From NCBI RefSeq assembly GCF_001950255.1, contig NZ_BDJK01000014.1:9966-41965 (forward strand): 32,000 nucleotides of DNA, written 5' to 3'. A model generated the notes under the pieces. The model made no database searches. It worked only from the letters and a program-made list of their open reading frames with translations, and was not told the origin of the DNA. Positions 9,600 to 19,182 of the stretch are shown one piece after another. The DNA comes from Carboxydothermus pertinax (GTDB taxonomy: Bacteria > Bacillota > Z-2901 > Carboxydothermales > Carboxydothermaceae). The translations under genes were made by a program, and so were the position numbers. Every line of letters begins with the position of its first letter. Positions within the stretch are counted from its first letter, which is position 1.

Positions 9600-11798
9600 A
9601 TGAGCGAAGTTATTAATTTTGATCAGATTTTTGATGGAGCAATCGAGCCGGGTAAAGAACCAAAAAGGCTTTTTAAAGAAGTTTATGAAGGAGCTATTAC
9701 CGCTACCAGCTATGCGGAAATCCTTCTTTCTCGGGCAATTGCCAAGTATGGTCCTGATCATCCTGTAGGCTATCCCGATACTGCGTATTTCCTTCCAGTA
9801 ATTCGGGCTTTTAGTGGTGAAGAAGTAAGAACCTTAAAAGATATGGTACCAATTTTAAACAGGATGCGTTCTCAAATTAAAAGCGAGCTTACTTTTGAAA
9901 ACGCTCGCTTGGCCGGTGAAGCTACTTGGTATGCTGCGGAGATTATCGAAGCTATTCGGTATCTTAAACACTCTGAAGAAAATCCAATTGTTGTTCCTCC
10001 CTGGACCGGTTTTATCGGCGACCCGGTTGTGCGGCAGTATGGTATTAAAATGGTGGACTGGACCATTCCTGGAGAAGCAGTAATAATAGGTCGGGCCAAA
10101 GACAGTAAAGCTGCAAAAAAAATTGTTGACGATTTAATGGGCAAAGGTTTAATGCTTTTCCTGTGCGATGAAATCATTGAGCAGCTACTGGAAGAAAACG
10201 TTAAACTTGGGGTAGACTATATTGCCTATCCGTTAGGTAACTTCACGCAAGTGGTTCACGCAGCCAACTATGCTTTACGGGCCGGACTTATGTTTGGTGG
10301 AATTGCTCCAGGACTTCGGGAAGCTCATAGGGATTATCAACGGCGTCGGGTTTTAGCTTTTATTCTATATTTAGGCGAGCACGACATGGTTAAAACAGCT
10401 GCCGCAATGGGCGGAATTTTCACCGGCTTCCCTGTAATTACCGATCAACCGCTACCGGAAGACAAACAAATTAAAGACTGGTTTATTTCTGAACCGGATT
10501 ATGATAAAATTGTACAAACTGCTCTGGAAGTCCGGGGTATCAAGATAACTTCAATAGACATCGACCTACCTATAAACTTTGGCCCTGCCTTTGAAGGTGA
10601 ATCCATCCGCAAAGGCGATATGCATGTAGAATTTGGTGGTTCGAAAACTCCAAGCTTTGAATTGGTAAGAATGGTTGGGCCGGATGAAATAGAAGATGGC
10701 AAAGTTGAGCTTATTGGTCCAGATATTGACACAGTACAACCGGGTGGCAGATTACCAATTGGTATTGTAGTAGATATTTACGGTCGGAAGATGCAAGAAG
10801 ATTTTGAACCGGTACTTGAAAGAAGGATTCACTACTTTACCAACTACGGTGAAGGTTTCTGGCATACAGCCCAACGGGATTTAACCTGGATCCGGATAAG
10901 TAAAGAGGCTTTTGCCAAGGGAGCACGACTTAAACACTTGGGGCAACTCCTTTATGCTAAATTTAAACAAGAGTTTCCGTCAATCGTTGACCGAGTCCAG
11001 GTAACGATTTATACTGATGAACAAAAAGTTTTAGAGCTTCGGGAAGAAGCTCGGAAAAAATATGCTGAACGGGATGCTAGACTTAGAGAACTTAGCGATG
11101 AAGCTGTTGATACTTATTATTCCTGCTTACTCTGCCAGTCTTTTGCTCCAACCCACGTCTGCATTGTATCGCCAGAAAGGGTTGGACTTTGCGGAGCAAT
11201 TAGCTGGTTAGACGCAAAAGCAGCCTATGAAATTAATCCCAATGGTCCTAACCAACCTGTACCCAAAGAAGGTTTAATTGATCCGGTAAAAGGTCAATGG
11301 GAGGCATTTAACGAATACATTTACAAGAATTCGCAACGAACAATTGAACGAATGAATCTTTATACGATTATGGAATATCCCATGACTTCCTGTGGCTGTT
11401 TTGAAGCTATCATGGCTTATATGCCCGAATTAAATGGTTTTATGATCGTCAACCGGGAACACAGTGGAATGACCCCCATTGGCATGACCTTCTCCACTTT
11501 AGCCGGTATGGTTGGTGGTGGAACGCAAACTCCTGGCTTTATGGGAATTGGTAAGTCTTACATTGGTTCGAAGAAGTTTGTTAAAGCAGATGGCGGTCTT
11601 GCCCGGGTAGTTTGGATGCCTAAAGACCTCAAAGAACAATTACGGGCGATAATTGAAGAAAGAGCCGAAGAAGAAGGACTTGGCCGCGATTTCATCGATA
11701 AGATTGCCGATGAAACTGTTGGAACAACTGTCGATGAAGTATTACCATTCTTAGAAGAAAAAGGACATCCTGCCCTTACCATGGAGCCGCTACTGTAA
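9600..11798 (+). CDS. acsB: Acetyl-CoA synthase, catalytic (A-cluster) subunit
   Basis: 732 aa with A-cluster cysteines CLLCQSFAPTHVCIVSPERVGLCGAISWLDAKAA and CGCFEAI (CGC distal-Ni ligands). Directly follows acsA. Confidence 0.97.
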   Translation: MSEVINFDQIFDGAIEPGKEPKRLFKEVYEGAITATSYAEILLSRAIAKYGPDHPVGYPDTAYFLPVIRAFSGEEVRTLKDMVPILNRMRSQIKSELTFENARLAGEATWYAAEIIEAIRYLKHSEENPIVVPPWTGFIGDPVVRQYGIKMVDWTIPGEAVIIGRAKDSKAAKKIVDDLMGKGLMLFLCDEIIEQLLEENVKLGVDYIAYPLGNFTQVVHAANYALRAGLMFGGIAPGLREAHRDYQRRRVLAFILYLGEHDMVKTAAAMGGIFTGFPVITDQPLPEDKQIKDWFISEPDYDKIVQTALEVRGIKITSIDIDLPINFGPAFEGESIRKGDMHVEFGGSKTPSFELVRMVGPDEIEDGKVELIGPDIDTVQPGGRLPIGIVVDIYGRKMQEDFEPVLERRIHYFTNYGEGFWHTAQRDLTWIRISKEAFAKGARLKHLGQLLYAKFKQEFPSIVDRVQVTIYTDEQKVLELREEARKKYAERDARLRELSDEAVDTYYSCLLCQSFAPTHVCIVSPERVGLCGAISWLDAKAAYEINPNGPNQPVPKEGLIDPVKGQWEAFNEYIYKNSQRTIERMNLYTIMEYPMTSCGCFEAIMAYMPELNGFMIVNREHSGMTPIGMTFSTLAGMVGGGTQTPGFMGIGKSYIGSKKFVKADGGLARVVWMPKDLKEQLRAIIEERAEEEGLGRDFIDKIADETVGTTVDEVLPFLEEKGHPALTMEPLL

Positions 11799-11806
11799 GC
11801 AAAATT

Positions 11807-11834
11807 ACAGGCGGAAGGTTTTCCTTCCGCCTGT
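11807..11834 (+). terminator. GC-rich intergenic hairpin between acsB and acsC (attenuator, terminator or mRNA-stability element)
   Basis: ACAGGCGGAAGG-TTTT-CCTTCCGCCTGT, a 12-bp perfect stem with a weak tail (TTATAAAAA). Confidence 0.6.
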
Positions 11835-11871
11835 TTATAAAAATCAAAAGAAAAAGAAAGGAGAATCGTAA

Positions 11872-13209
11872 ATGGGCTTAACGGGTTTAGAAATCTACAA
11901 ACACCTACCAAAGAAAAATTGTAAAGAATGTGGTCAACCAACCTGTCTTGCTTTTGCTATGCAGATTGCTGCCGGTAAAGCTGGTTTGGATGCTTGCCCC
12001 TATGTTAGTGATGAGGCTAAAGAACTTTTGGAGTCTGCCTCGGCTCCACCGGTTGCTTTAGTAAAAGTGGGTAAAGGAGAAAAGGTATTAGAAATTGGTC
12101 ATGAAACTGTTTTATTCCGCCATGACAAGCGTTTTGAACATCCCTGCGGCTTAGCTATTTTGGTAGAAGATACTTTAAGTGAAGATGAACTAAAGGATAG
12201 GGTAGAAAAAATAAATAAGCTTATCTTTGACCGTGTAGGACAATTGCACTCAGTTAATCTAGTAGCCATCAAAGGTAGTTCGGGAGAGGCTGCAACCTTT
12301 GCTAAAGCCGTTGCTACTGCCCGTGCAGTTACCGATATGCCTTTTGTCTTAATTGGCACTCCAGAACAATTAGCGTCAGCCTTGGAAACGGAGGGTGCAA
12401 ATAATCCCCTTCTTTATGCAGCTACGGCAGATAATTATGAACAAATGGTGGAACTTGCTAAAAAATATAATGTTCCCTTAGCTGTTAGCGCAAAAGGATT
12501 AGATGCTTTAGCCGACTTGGTTCAAAAAATCACTTCAATGGGATATAAAAACTTGGTTTTAGATCCCCAGCCGGAAAACATTTACGAAGGGTTATTTTAC
12601 CAAACCCAAATTAGAAGACAAGCTATTAAGAAGCTTTTCCGGCCTTTTGGTTATCCAACAATAGCTTTTGTTTTAGATGATAATCCTTATCAGGCTGTAC
12701 TGGAAGCCTCCGTATACATTACCAAGTATGCTGGTATTATAGTTTTGAATACTGTGGAGCCGGCAAATATATTGCCGCTTATTACTTTAAGGCTTAATAT
12801 TTACACCGACCCACAAAAACCAATAGCTGTCGAACCGAAGGTTTATGAAATTTTAAACCCCGGTCCAGATGCTCCGGTGTTTATTACTACTAACTTCTCA
12901 CTGACCTACTTCTGTGTTGCCGGTGACGTGGAAGGAGCAAGAATTCCAGCATACATCCTACCGGTAGATACCGATGGAACTTCAGTTTTAACGGCCTGGG
13001 CTGCTGGGAAATTTACTCCCGAAAAAATTGCTCAGTTTTTAAATGAAAGTGGTATTGCTGAAAAAGTTAACCACCGGAAAGCAATTCTCCCGGGAGGAGT
13101 TGCAGTGCTGAGTGGTAAACTCCAGGAATTATCTGGATGGGAGATTTTGGTTGGTCCAAGAGAGTCCTCGGGTATTAACTCCTTTATTAAGCAACGCTGG
13201 AATGCATAA
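11872..13209 (+). CDS. acsC: Corrinoid iron-sulfur protein large (gamma) subunit
   Basis: MGLTGLEIYKHLPKKNCKECGQPTCLAFAMQIAAGKAGLDACPYVSDEA is the characteristic 4Fe-4S motif. The C-terminal B12-binding region ends in a typical manner. Confidence 0.97.
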   Translation: MGLTGLEIYKHLPKKNCKECGQPTCLAFAMQIAAGKAGLDACPYVSDEAKELLESASAPPVALVKVGKGEKVLEIGHETVLFRHDKRFEHPCGLAILVEDTLSEDELKDRVEKINKLIFDRVGQLHSVNLVAIKGSSGEAATFAKAVATARAVTDMPFVLIGTPEQLASALETEGANNPLLYAATADNYEQMVELAKKYNVPLAVSAKGLDALADLVQKITSMGYKNLVLDPQPENIYEGLFYQTQIRRQAIKKLFRPFGYPTIAFVLDDNPYQAVLEASVYITKYAGIIVLNTVEPANILPLITLRLNIYTDPQKPIAVEPKVYEILNPGPDAPVFITTNFSLTYFCVAGDVEGARIPAYILPVDTDGTSVLTAWAAGKFTPEKIAQFLNESGIAEKVNHRKAILPGGVAVLSGKLQELSGWEILVGPRESSGINSFIKQRWNA

Positions 13210-13263
13210 CTATAAAGCTATAAAAGGAGATTTTTTATTTATAAAGAAAGAAGGTTTTTAAAA

Positions 13264-15159
13264 ATGGCAGAACATAAAGTATTGTTCAAACCAGACCAGA
13301 AGGAAGTAAGAATTTCAGAAAGTACCAATTTAATGGAAGCTTTAAATTTAGCCGGGATAAATATTAAAACAGTTTGCGGAGGAGCAGGAACTTGCGGCAA
13401 GTGTCTGGTTAAAGTGGTTGAAGGACAAAAAAGGGTAGTTAGTTACGGAAAGCTAAAGCAAGAAGAAATAAATCAAGGCTTTGTGCTGGCCTGCCAGACC
13501 TTTCCAGAAAGTGACTTGGTAGTGGAAATACCTTTTACTTCCAGGCTTACTACTCACCAAATTGTTACCGATGAGGATAAATCTTCTGGAGTCATGAACG
13601 AATTAGACTTAGCCGAAGTGGATGAGTTTGACCCACTTTTTAAACAAATATCTCTCGAATTACCAGTGCCTACGCTTGACGACCCAAGAGATGATCTATC
13701 CAGACTTACTGCGACCTTTGCCCGTCAGGAAAGCAATGAACTTATTCTGGAATACGAACATTTAAAGGACTTACCGCAAGTTTTAAGGAAAGAAAACTTT
13801 ATCGTAACGTTAGGAGTAAATGATTATCTAGGTAAAAATAAAGTTATGTTTCTAAAACCCGGCAATTTAATACAAAAACTTTATGGACTTGCCATTGATA
13901 TTGGCACAACTACTGTAGTTGTGCAATTAATAGATCTTACAAACGGTAAAGTTTTAGGAACTAAAGGTAATTACAATAAACAAGCGGCTTTTGGTGATGA
14001 TGTTATCAGCAGAATTATCTATGTAGACGAAAACCCCGATGGTGCGGAAAAATTAAGAAAAGCAGTATTGTCCACTATCAACGAGCTTGTTTTACAGCTT
14101 TGCACTGAACTGCAAATTGCGAAAAAAGATATAGTTTCTGCGGTTGTTGCGGGCAATACTACTATGACTCACCTTTTTTTAGAAATTGACCCAAGGTTTA
14201 TTCGTTTAGAGCCTTATACACCGGCTGCTTTATTTATACCACCTATACCAGCGAGTTTGGCCAAAATTGAGATGAATCCCGAAGGATTAGTTTACGTTAT
14301 GCCCAATGTAGCAAGCTATGTGGGAGGGGATATTACCTCTGGAGTTTTATATACTGGACTTGCCAATTTGGAGGAAATCACGCTTTTTATTGATATTGGA
14401 ACTAATGGAGAAATGGTTTTAGGAAACAAGGATTGGCTTGTAACCTGCGCCTGTTCTGCCGGTCCCGCTTTTGAAGGTAGTGGAATAAAACATGGTATGC
14501 GGGCCATGCAAGGGGCAATTGAAAGGGTTAATATCTTGGACAAAGGTAAAGAAGTTAAATACCAAACAGTTGGTGGCATACCACCGGTAGGGATTTGTGG
14601 TTCAGGTTTAATCGATTTACTGGCAAACTTAAAAAGGGCAGGAATAATTGACCGAAATGGTAAAATTGACCGGACAGTTAATAAAGAACGCATCCGGGAA
14701 GGGGAAGACGGTTTGGAGTTTGTTTTAGCCTGGGCCGCAGAAAGTGGAACTAACAAAGATGTAGTAATTACCGAAGCTGACATCCAAAATTTAATTCGCG
14801 CTAAAGCAGCTATTTTTGCAGGAGTGCGGACAATGTTAGCCATGGTTGATTTACCACTAGAAGCTATTGATCGGGTTATTATTGCTGGAGGTTTTGGTAA
14901 GTATCTTAACATTCGGGATGCTATAACTATTGGCCTTTTGCCTGATATTGATCTTAATAAATTTGCCTATGTGGGGAATAGCTCTCTAAAGGGTGCTCGA
15001 AAAGCTTTATTATCCCGTAAAGCTTGTGCGGATGTTAAGGAAATCGCACGCAAAATGACCTATTTGGAGCTAAGCGTGGGTACCACCTTTATGGATGAAT
15101 TTGTTTCTGCATCCTTTATTCCCCATACCGATTTGCATTTATTTCCATCGGTTGAATAA
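13264..15159 (+). CDS. acsV: Reductive activator of corrinoid iron-sulfur protein (RACo/AcsV; 2Fe-2S ferredoxin plus ASKHA ATPase domain)
   Basis: N-terminal CGGAGTCGKCLVKV ferredoxin motif, AIDIGTTTVVVQLIDL and FIDIGTNGEMVLG phosphate-binding motifs, IIAGGFGKYLNIRDAITIGLLPD. Confidence 0.94.
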   Translation: MAEHKVLFKPDQKEVRISESTNLMEALNLAGINIKTVCGGAGTCGKCLVKVVEGQKRVVSYGKLKQEEINQGFVLACQTFPESDLVVEIPFTSRLTTHQIVTDEDKSSGVMNELDLAEVDEFDPLFKQISLELPVPTLDDPRDDLSRLTATFARQESNELILEYEHLKDLPQVLRKENFIVTLGVNDYLGKNKVMFLKPGNLIQKLYGLAIDIGTTTVVVQLIDLTNGKVLGTKGNYNKQAAFGDDVISRIIYVDENPDGAEKLRKAVLSTINELVLQLCTELQIAKKDIVSAVVAGNTTMTHLFLEIDPRFIRLEPYTPAALFIPPIPASLAKIEMNPEGLVYVMPNVASYVGGDITSGVLYTGLANLEEITLFIDIGTNGEMVLGNKDWLVTCACSAGPAFEGSGIKHGMRAMQGAIERVNILDKGKEVKYQTVGGIPPVGICGSGLIDLLANLKRAGIIDRNGKIDRTVNKERIREGEDGLEFVLAWAAESGTNKDVVITEADIQNLIRAKAAIFAGVRTMLAMVDLPLEAIDRVIIAGGFGKYLNIRDAITIGLLPDIDLNKFAYVGNSSLKGARKALLSRKACADVKEIARKMTYLELSVGTTFMDEFVSASFIPHTDLHLFPSVE

Positions 15160-15180
15160 GTAAAAGTAGGAGGAGTAAAA

Positions 15181-15939
15181 ATGGCGTTTAAAATAGCTGT
15201 TGCTGGTAAAGGTGGTACAGGTAAAACTACGTTTTCCGCATTAGTAATAAAGCAGTTGTTGCTGGCAGGTAAAAGGCCAATTTTGGCAGTAGATGCTGAT
15301 GCTAATGCTAACTTAAATGAAGCTTTGGGTTTAGAAGTAGAGCAAGCAATTTCCGATGTGATTAATCGTCTTGCTAAAAATATGGACCCGATTCCCGCTG
15401 GTATGACCAAAGACCAGTATATAAGTTTTAAAATCCATGAAACCCTTTCGGAAGGCGAAGATGTGGACCTTTTGGTAATGGGAGGCCCGGAAGGTCAAGG
15501 ATGCTACTGCTATGCTAATAATTTATTGCGCCAGTTTCTTTTAACCCTTAGCAACAATTATCCTTATATTGTAATGGATAACGAAGCTGGGATGGAGCAT
15601 TTAAGCCGTAGGACTACCGATGAAGTGGATGTCTTTTTTGTCATCAGCGACGGAAGTGTACGGGGGATAAGATCTGCAGGGAGGATAAAACAATTAATTG
15701 ATTCTTTAGATTTAAAAATAAAAGATAAGTATTTAGTTATTACAAGAATTAACGAAGAAGATATTCCTGAGGTTCAGGAGGAGATTGAAAAGACCGGATT
15801 AAAGTTAATTGGGGTAATTCCCGATGATGAGTTGGTAACTGAATTTGACCGGCAAAGTAAACCTTTAATTAATTTACCCGATGACAGTACGGCAGTAAGG
15901 GCAGTGAGGAAAATTTTACAAAATGTTGGTATCCTTTAA
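15181..15939 (+). CDS. Second CooC/AcsF-family P-loop ATPase
   Basis: KIAVAGKGGTGKTTFSALV, AVDADANANLNEALG, CxC motif GCYCYANN, DNEAGMEHLSRRTTDEVD. Located between acsV and acsD. Confidence 0.9.
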   Translation: MAFKIAVAGKGGTGKTTFSALVIKQLLLAGKRPILAVDADANANLNEALGLEVEQAISDVINRLAKNMDPIPAGMTKDQYISFKIHETLSEGEDVDLLVMGGPEGQGCYCYANNLLRQFLLTLSNNYPYIVMDNEAGMEHLSRRTTDEVDVFFVISDGSVRGIRSAGRIKQLIDSLDLKIKDKYLVITRINEEDIPEVQEEIEKTGLKLIGVIPDDELVTEFDRQSKPLINLPDDSTAVRAVRKILQNVGIL

Positions 15940-15963
15940 TTTTACATGAAAGGAGAGATTTTA

Positions 15964-16896
15964 ATGGCTGTAGAAGTTTTTAAAGAAAAATGGAATTCTA
16001 AAGTAGTAGAAGTTACCCTTGGAACAGGGGATAAAGCAGTAACCCTTGGAGGGGACAGCACTCTTCCGTTTTTAACCTTTGAAGGAGAAATACCTAATCC
16101 TCCCCGGTTTGCCTTAGAAGTGTTTGATACTCCTCCCAGCGACTGGCCGGAAATTTTAGTGGAACCGTTTAAAGATGTAATTAATGACCCGGTAGCTTGG
16201 GCTAGAAAGTGTGTTGAATATGGAGCGGATTTAGTAGCATTGAGACTGGTTTCAGCCCATCCCGATGGTTTAAATCGCTCCGGAGCAGAAGTTGCTGAGG
16301 TTTGCAAAGCTGTTGCCGATGCTATTGATGTACCTTTAATGATCATTGGTTGCGGCGTTGAAGAAAAAGATGCGGAAATTTTCCCAATAATCGGTGAAGC
16401 GCTTTCTGGAAGAAATTGTTTATTGTCGTCGGCAACGAAAGATAATTACAAGCCGATAGTGGCCACTTGCATGGTGCACGGTCACTCCGTAGTTGCTTCG
16501 GCTCCCCTCGATATTAACTTATCAAAGCAGCTAAACATTATGATTATGGAAATGAACCTTGCACCTAACCGAATAGTAATGGACCCCCTAATTGGGGCAT
16601 TGGGATATGGTATTGAATATTCTTATTCCATTATTGAGCGGATGCGTTTAGGAGCCTTAACGGGGGATAAAATTTTGGCGATGCCGGTAGTGTGTTTTGT
16701 AGGTCAGGAAGCCTGGAAGGCCAAAGAAGCTAAGGATCCAGAAGTAGCGGAGTGGGGAGATTATGGACTTCGAGCTATTCACTGGGAAACAGTAACCACA
16801 GTTGGTTTACTCCAGTCGGGTGGCCATCTGTTTGTTATGCGCCATCCTAAATCGTTGGCTGAAGTTAAAGAACATCTTAAGAGAATTTTAAAATAA
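15964..16896 (+). CDS. acsD: Corrinoid iron-sulfur protein small (beta) subunit
   Basis: MAVEVFKEKWNSKVVEVTLGTGDKAVTLGGDSTLPF...VHGHSVVASAPLDINLSKQLNIMIMEMNL. AAAGGAGAG SD favours ATG 15964 over the track start 15946. Confidence 0.96.
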   Translation: MAVEVFKEKWNSKVVEVTLGTGDKAVTLGGDSTLPFLTFEGEIPNPPRFALEVFDTPPSDWPEILVEPFKDVINDPVAWARKCVEYGADLVALRLVSAHPDGLNRSGAEVAEVCKAVADAIDVPLMIIGCGVEEKDAEIFPIIGEALSGRNCLLSSATKDNYKPIVATCMVHGHSVVASAPLDINLSKQLNIMIMEMNLAPNRIVMDPLIGALGYGIEYSYSIIERMRLGALTGDKILAMPVVCFVGQEAWKAKEAKDPEVAEWGDYGLRAIHWETVTTVGLLQSGGHLFVMRHPKSLAEVKEHLKRILK

Positions 16897-16918
16897 TTTT
16901 TTATAGGAGGGAAATTAA

Positions 16919-17710
<792 letters not shown>

Positions 17711-17711
17711 A

Positions 17712-17734
17712 AAGACGGGGCTTTGCCCCGTCTT
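17712..17734 (+). terminator. Intergenic hairpin between acsE and hdrC-like gene (possible terminator or attenuator)
   Basis: AAGACGGGGC-TTT-GCCCCGTCTT, a 10-bp perfect stem. The T-run starts only several bases downstream (AATACCATTTTTT). Confidence 0.6.
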
Positions 17735-17763
17735 AATACCATTTTTTAAGGCGAGGGATAGTA

Positions 17764-18297
17764 ATGTTAAATACCACCCTAACCAGGGAGATTGTGGAGC
17801 TTTCTCACCAACCGGTAAGTCGCTGCTTTCAGTGTCAAAAATGTAGTTTAGGTTGCCCTGTTGCTGAAGAAATGGATTACTTGCCCCATCAGGCAGTGGA
17901 TTTAATTAATAAAGGACAAACAGAAAAATTAATAGGAAGTAAAGCTTCCTGGATTTGTGTCAGCTGTAAAACCTGTGTACAGCGTTGTCCTAATGGTATA
18001 GATGTTGGGGCCATTCATGATGCGGTAAAACATTATCATTTTCAACAAAACTTGCCCATAGGAGTTAAACCCGTGGCTGACTTTTATGAGAGCTTTTTAG
18101 ATACCGTTTACAATTACGGACGGGCTTATGAGCTAGGAATGATTGTTAAACATAAGTTTAAGACAAAAAATTTTACCCAGGATGTGAAAATGGGCATAAC
18201 GATGTTTTTTAAAGGAAAAATCAAATTAGCTCCCCATAAAATCAACAAGATATGGGAAGTTAAAAATTTATTTACCAAGGTAAAGGGGAGTGAGTAA
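17764..18297 (+). CDS. hdrC: Heterodisulfide reductase subunit C-like iron-sulfur protein
   Basis: Two 4Fe-4S motifs: CFQCQKCSLGCPVAEEMDYLPHQAVDLI and CVSCKTCVQRCPNGIDVGAI. Confidence 0.88.
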   Translation: MLNTTLTREIVELSHQPVSRCFQCQKCSLGCPVAEEMDYLPHQAVDLINKGQTEKLIGSKASWICVSCKTCVQRCPNGIDVGAIHDAVKHYHFQQNLPIGVKPVADFYESFLDTVYNYGRAYELGMIVKHKFKTKNFTQDVKMGITMFFKGKIKLAPHKINKIWEVKNLFTKVKGSE

Positions 18298-19160
18298 TGA
18301 AAACCGGATACTATCCTGGATGTTCACTCCATTCTACTGCTTCCGAGTATAATGATTCGGTATTAGCAGTAGTTAAAGCAATTAATAATGAAGTGAAAGA
18401 AATTGATGATTGGAATTGTTGTGGAGCTACCGCCGGCCACAGTACAGCTCCGGAACTAGCAATTGGCCTTCCATTAAGGAATTTAATGCTGGCCGAAAAA
18501 GAAGGTTTAGAGGAAGTATTGGTTCCCTGTGCTGCCTGCTATAATCTTTTTAAAACTGCTCAATTTGAAGTTTCAGAAAATCCAAATCATTCTCAAGAGG
18601 TAGTATATGAGCTTGAACACCAGATAGGTATTAAATATCAAAACAAAATAAAAATATTAAATTTTATTGAGTATGTTTTAAAGCCAGAAAATATTGAAAA
18701 AATTAAAAAGTTACTTAAAAGACCCTTAACCGATTTAAAGATAGCTGCTTATTATGGTTGTTTACTTTTACGTCCTCATAATGTTGTAGGCTTTGATAAT
18801 CCTGAACGACCAACGAAAATGGAGCAGCTTTTAGAAGTCTTAGGGGCTACAGCGGTTCGCTGGAGTGCTAAAAGTGATTGTTGTGGTGGTAGTCAAGCCC
18901 TTTCAAAGCCTAATTTGGTGGTAAAGCTTGTGGGAAACATTATAACCAATGCTCGGGATAATGGTGCCCAGCTAATAGTAACCGCTTGTCCATTATGTCA
19001 GGCAAACTTGGATGGTCGGCAAATTAACTGGGATTCCCCAGAACAAAACAAAGAATTATTACCAGTCTTGTACATTTCCGAGCTTATTGGTTACGCCTTG
19101 GGTCTTCCAACAGAAAAGTGGTTTGCAAAACATCTTGTTCCCCCTTCGTTAAAAGATTAA
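18297..19160 (+). CDS. hdrB: Heterodisulfide reductase subunit B-like protein (two CCG domains)
   Basis: YYPGCSLHSTASEYNDS, DWNCCGATAGHS, PCAACYNLF, CCGG, ACPLCQANLD. Start overlaps the hdrC stop. Confidence 0.92.
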   Translation: MKTGYYPGCSLHSTASEYNDSVLAVVKAINNEVKEIDDWNCCGATAGHSTAPELAIGLPLRNLMLAEKEGLEEVLVPCAACYNLFKTAQFEVSENPNHSQEVVYELEHQIGIKYQNKIKILNFIEYVLKPENIEKIKKLLKRPLTDLKIAAYYGCLLLRPHNVVGFDNPERPTKMEQLLEVLGATAVRWSAKSDCCGGSQALSKPNLVVKLVGNIITNARDNGAQLIVTACPLCQANLDGRQINWDSPEQNKELLPVLYISELIGYALGLPTEKWFAKHLVPPSLKD

Positions 19161-19182
19161 AGGGGAAGGTGGGGAGGTAAAT

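Noticed and set aside
14316-14912. 198-aa minus-strand ORF inside acsV
   Set aside because: Long but low-complexity antisense frame opposite the conserved RACo ASKHA domain. Length alone is not evidence of coding.
15942-16346. 134-aa minus-strand ORF opposite acsD
   Set aside because: Antisense of the conserved CoFeSP small subunit.
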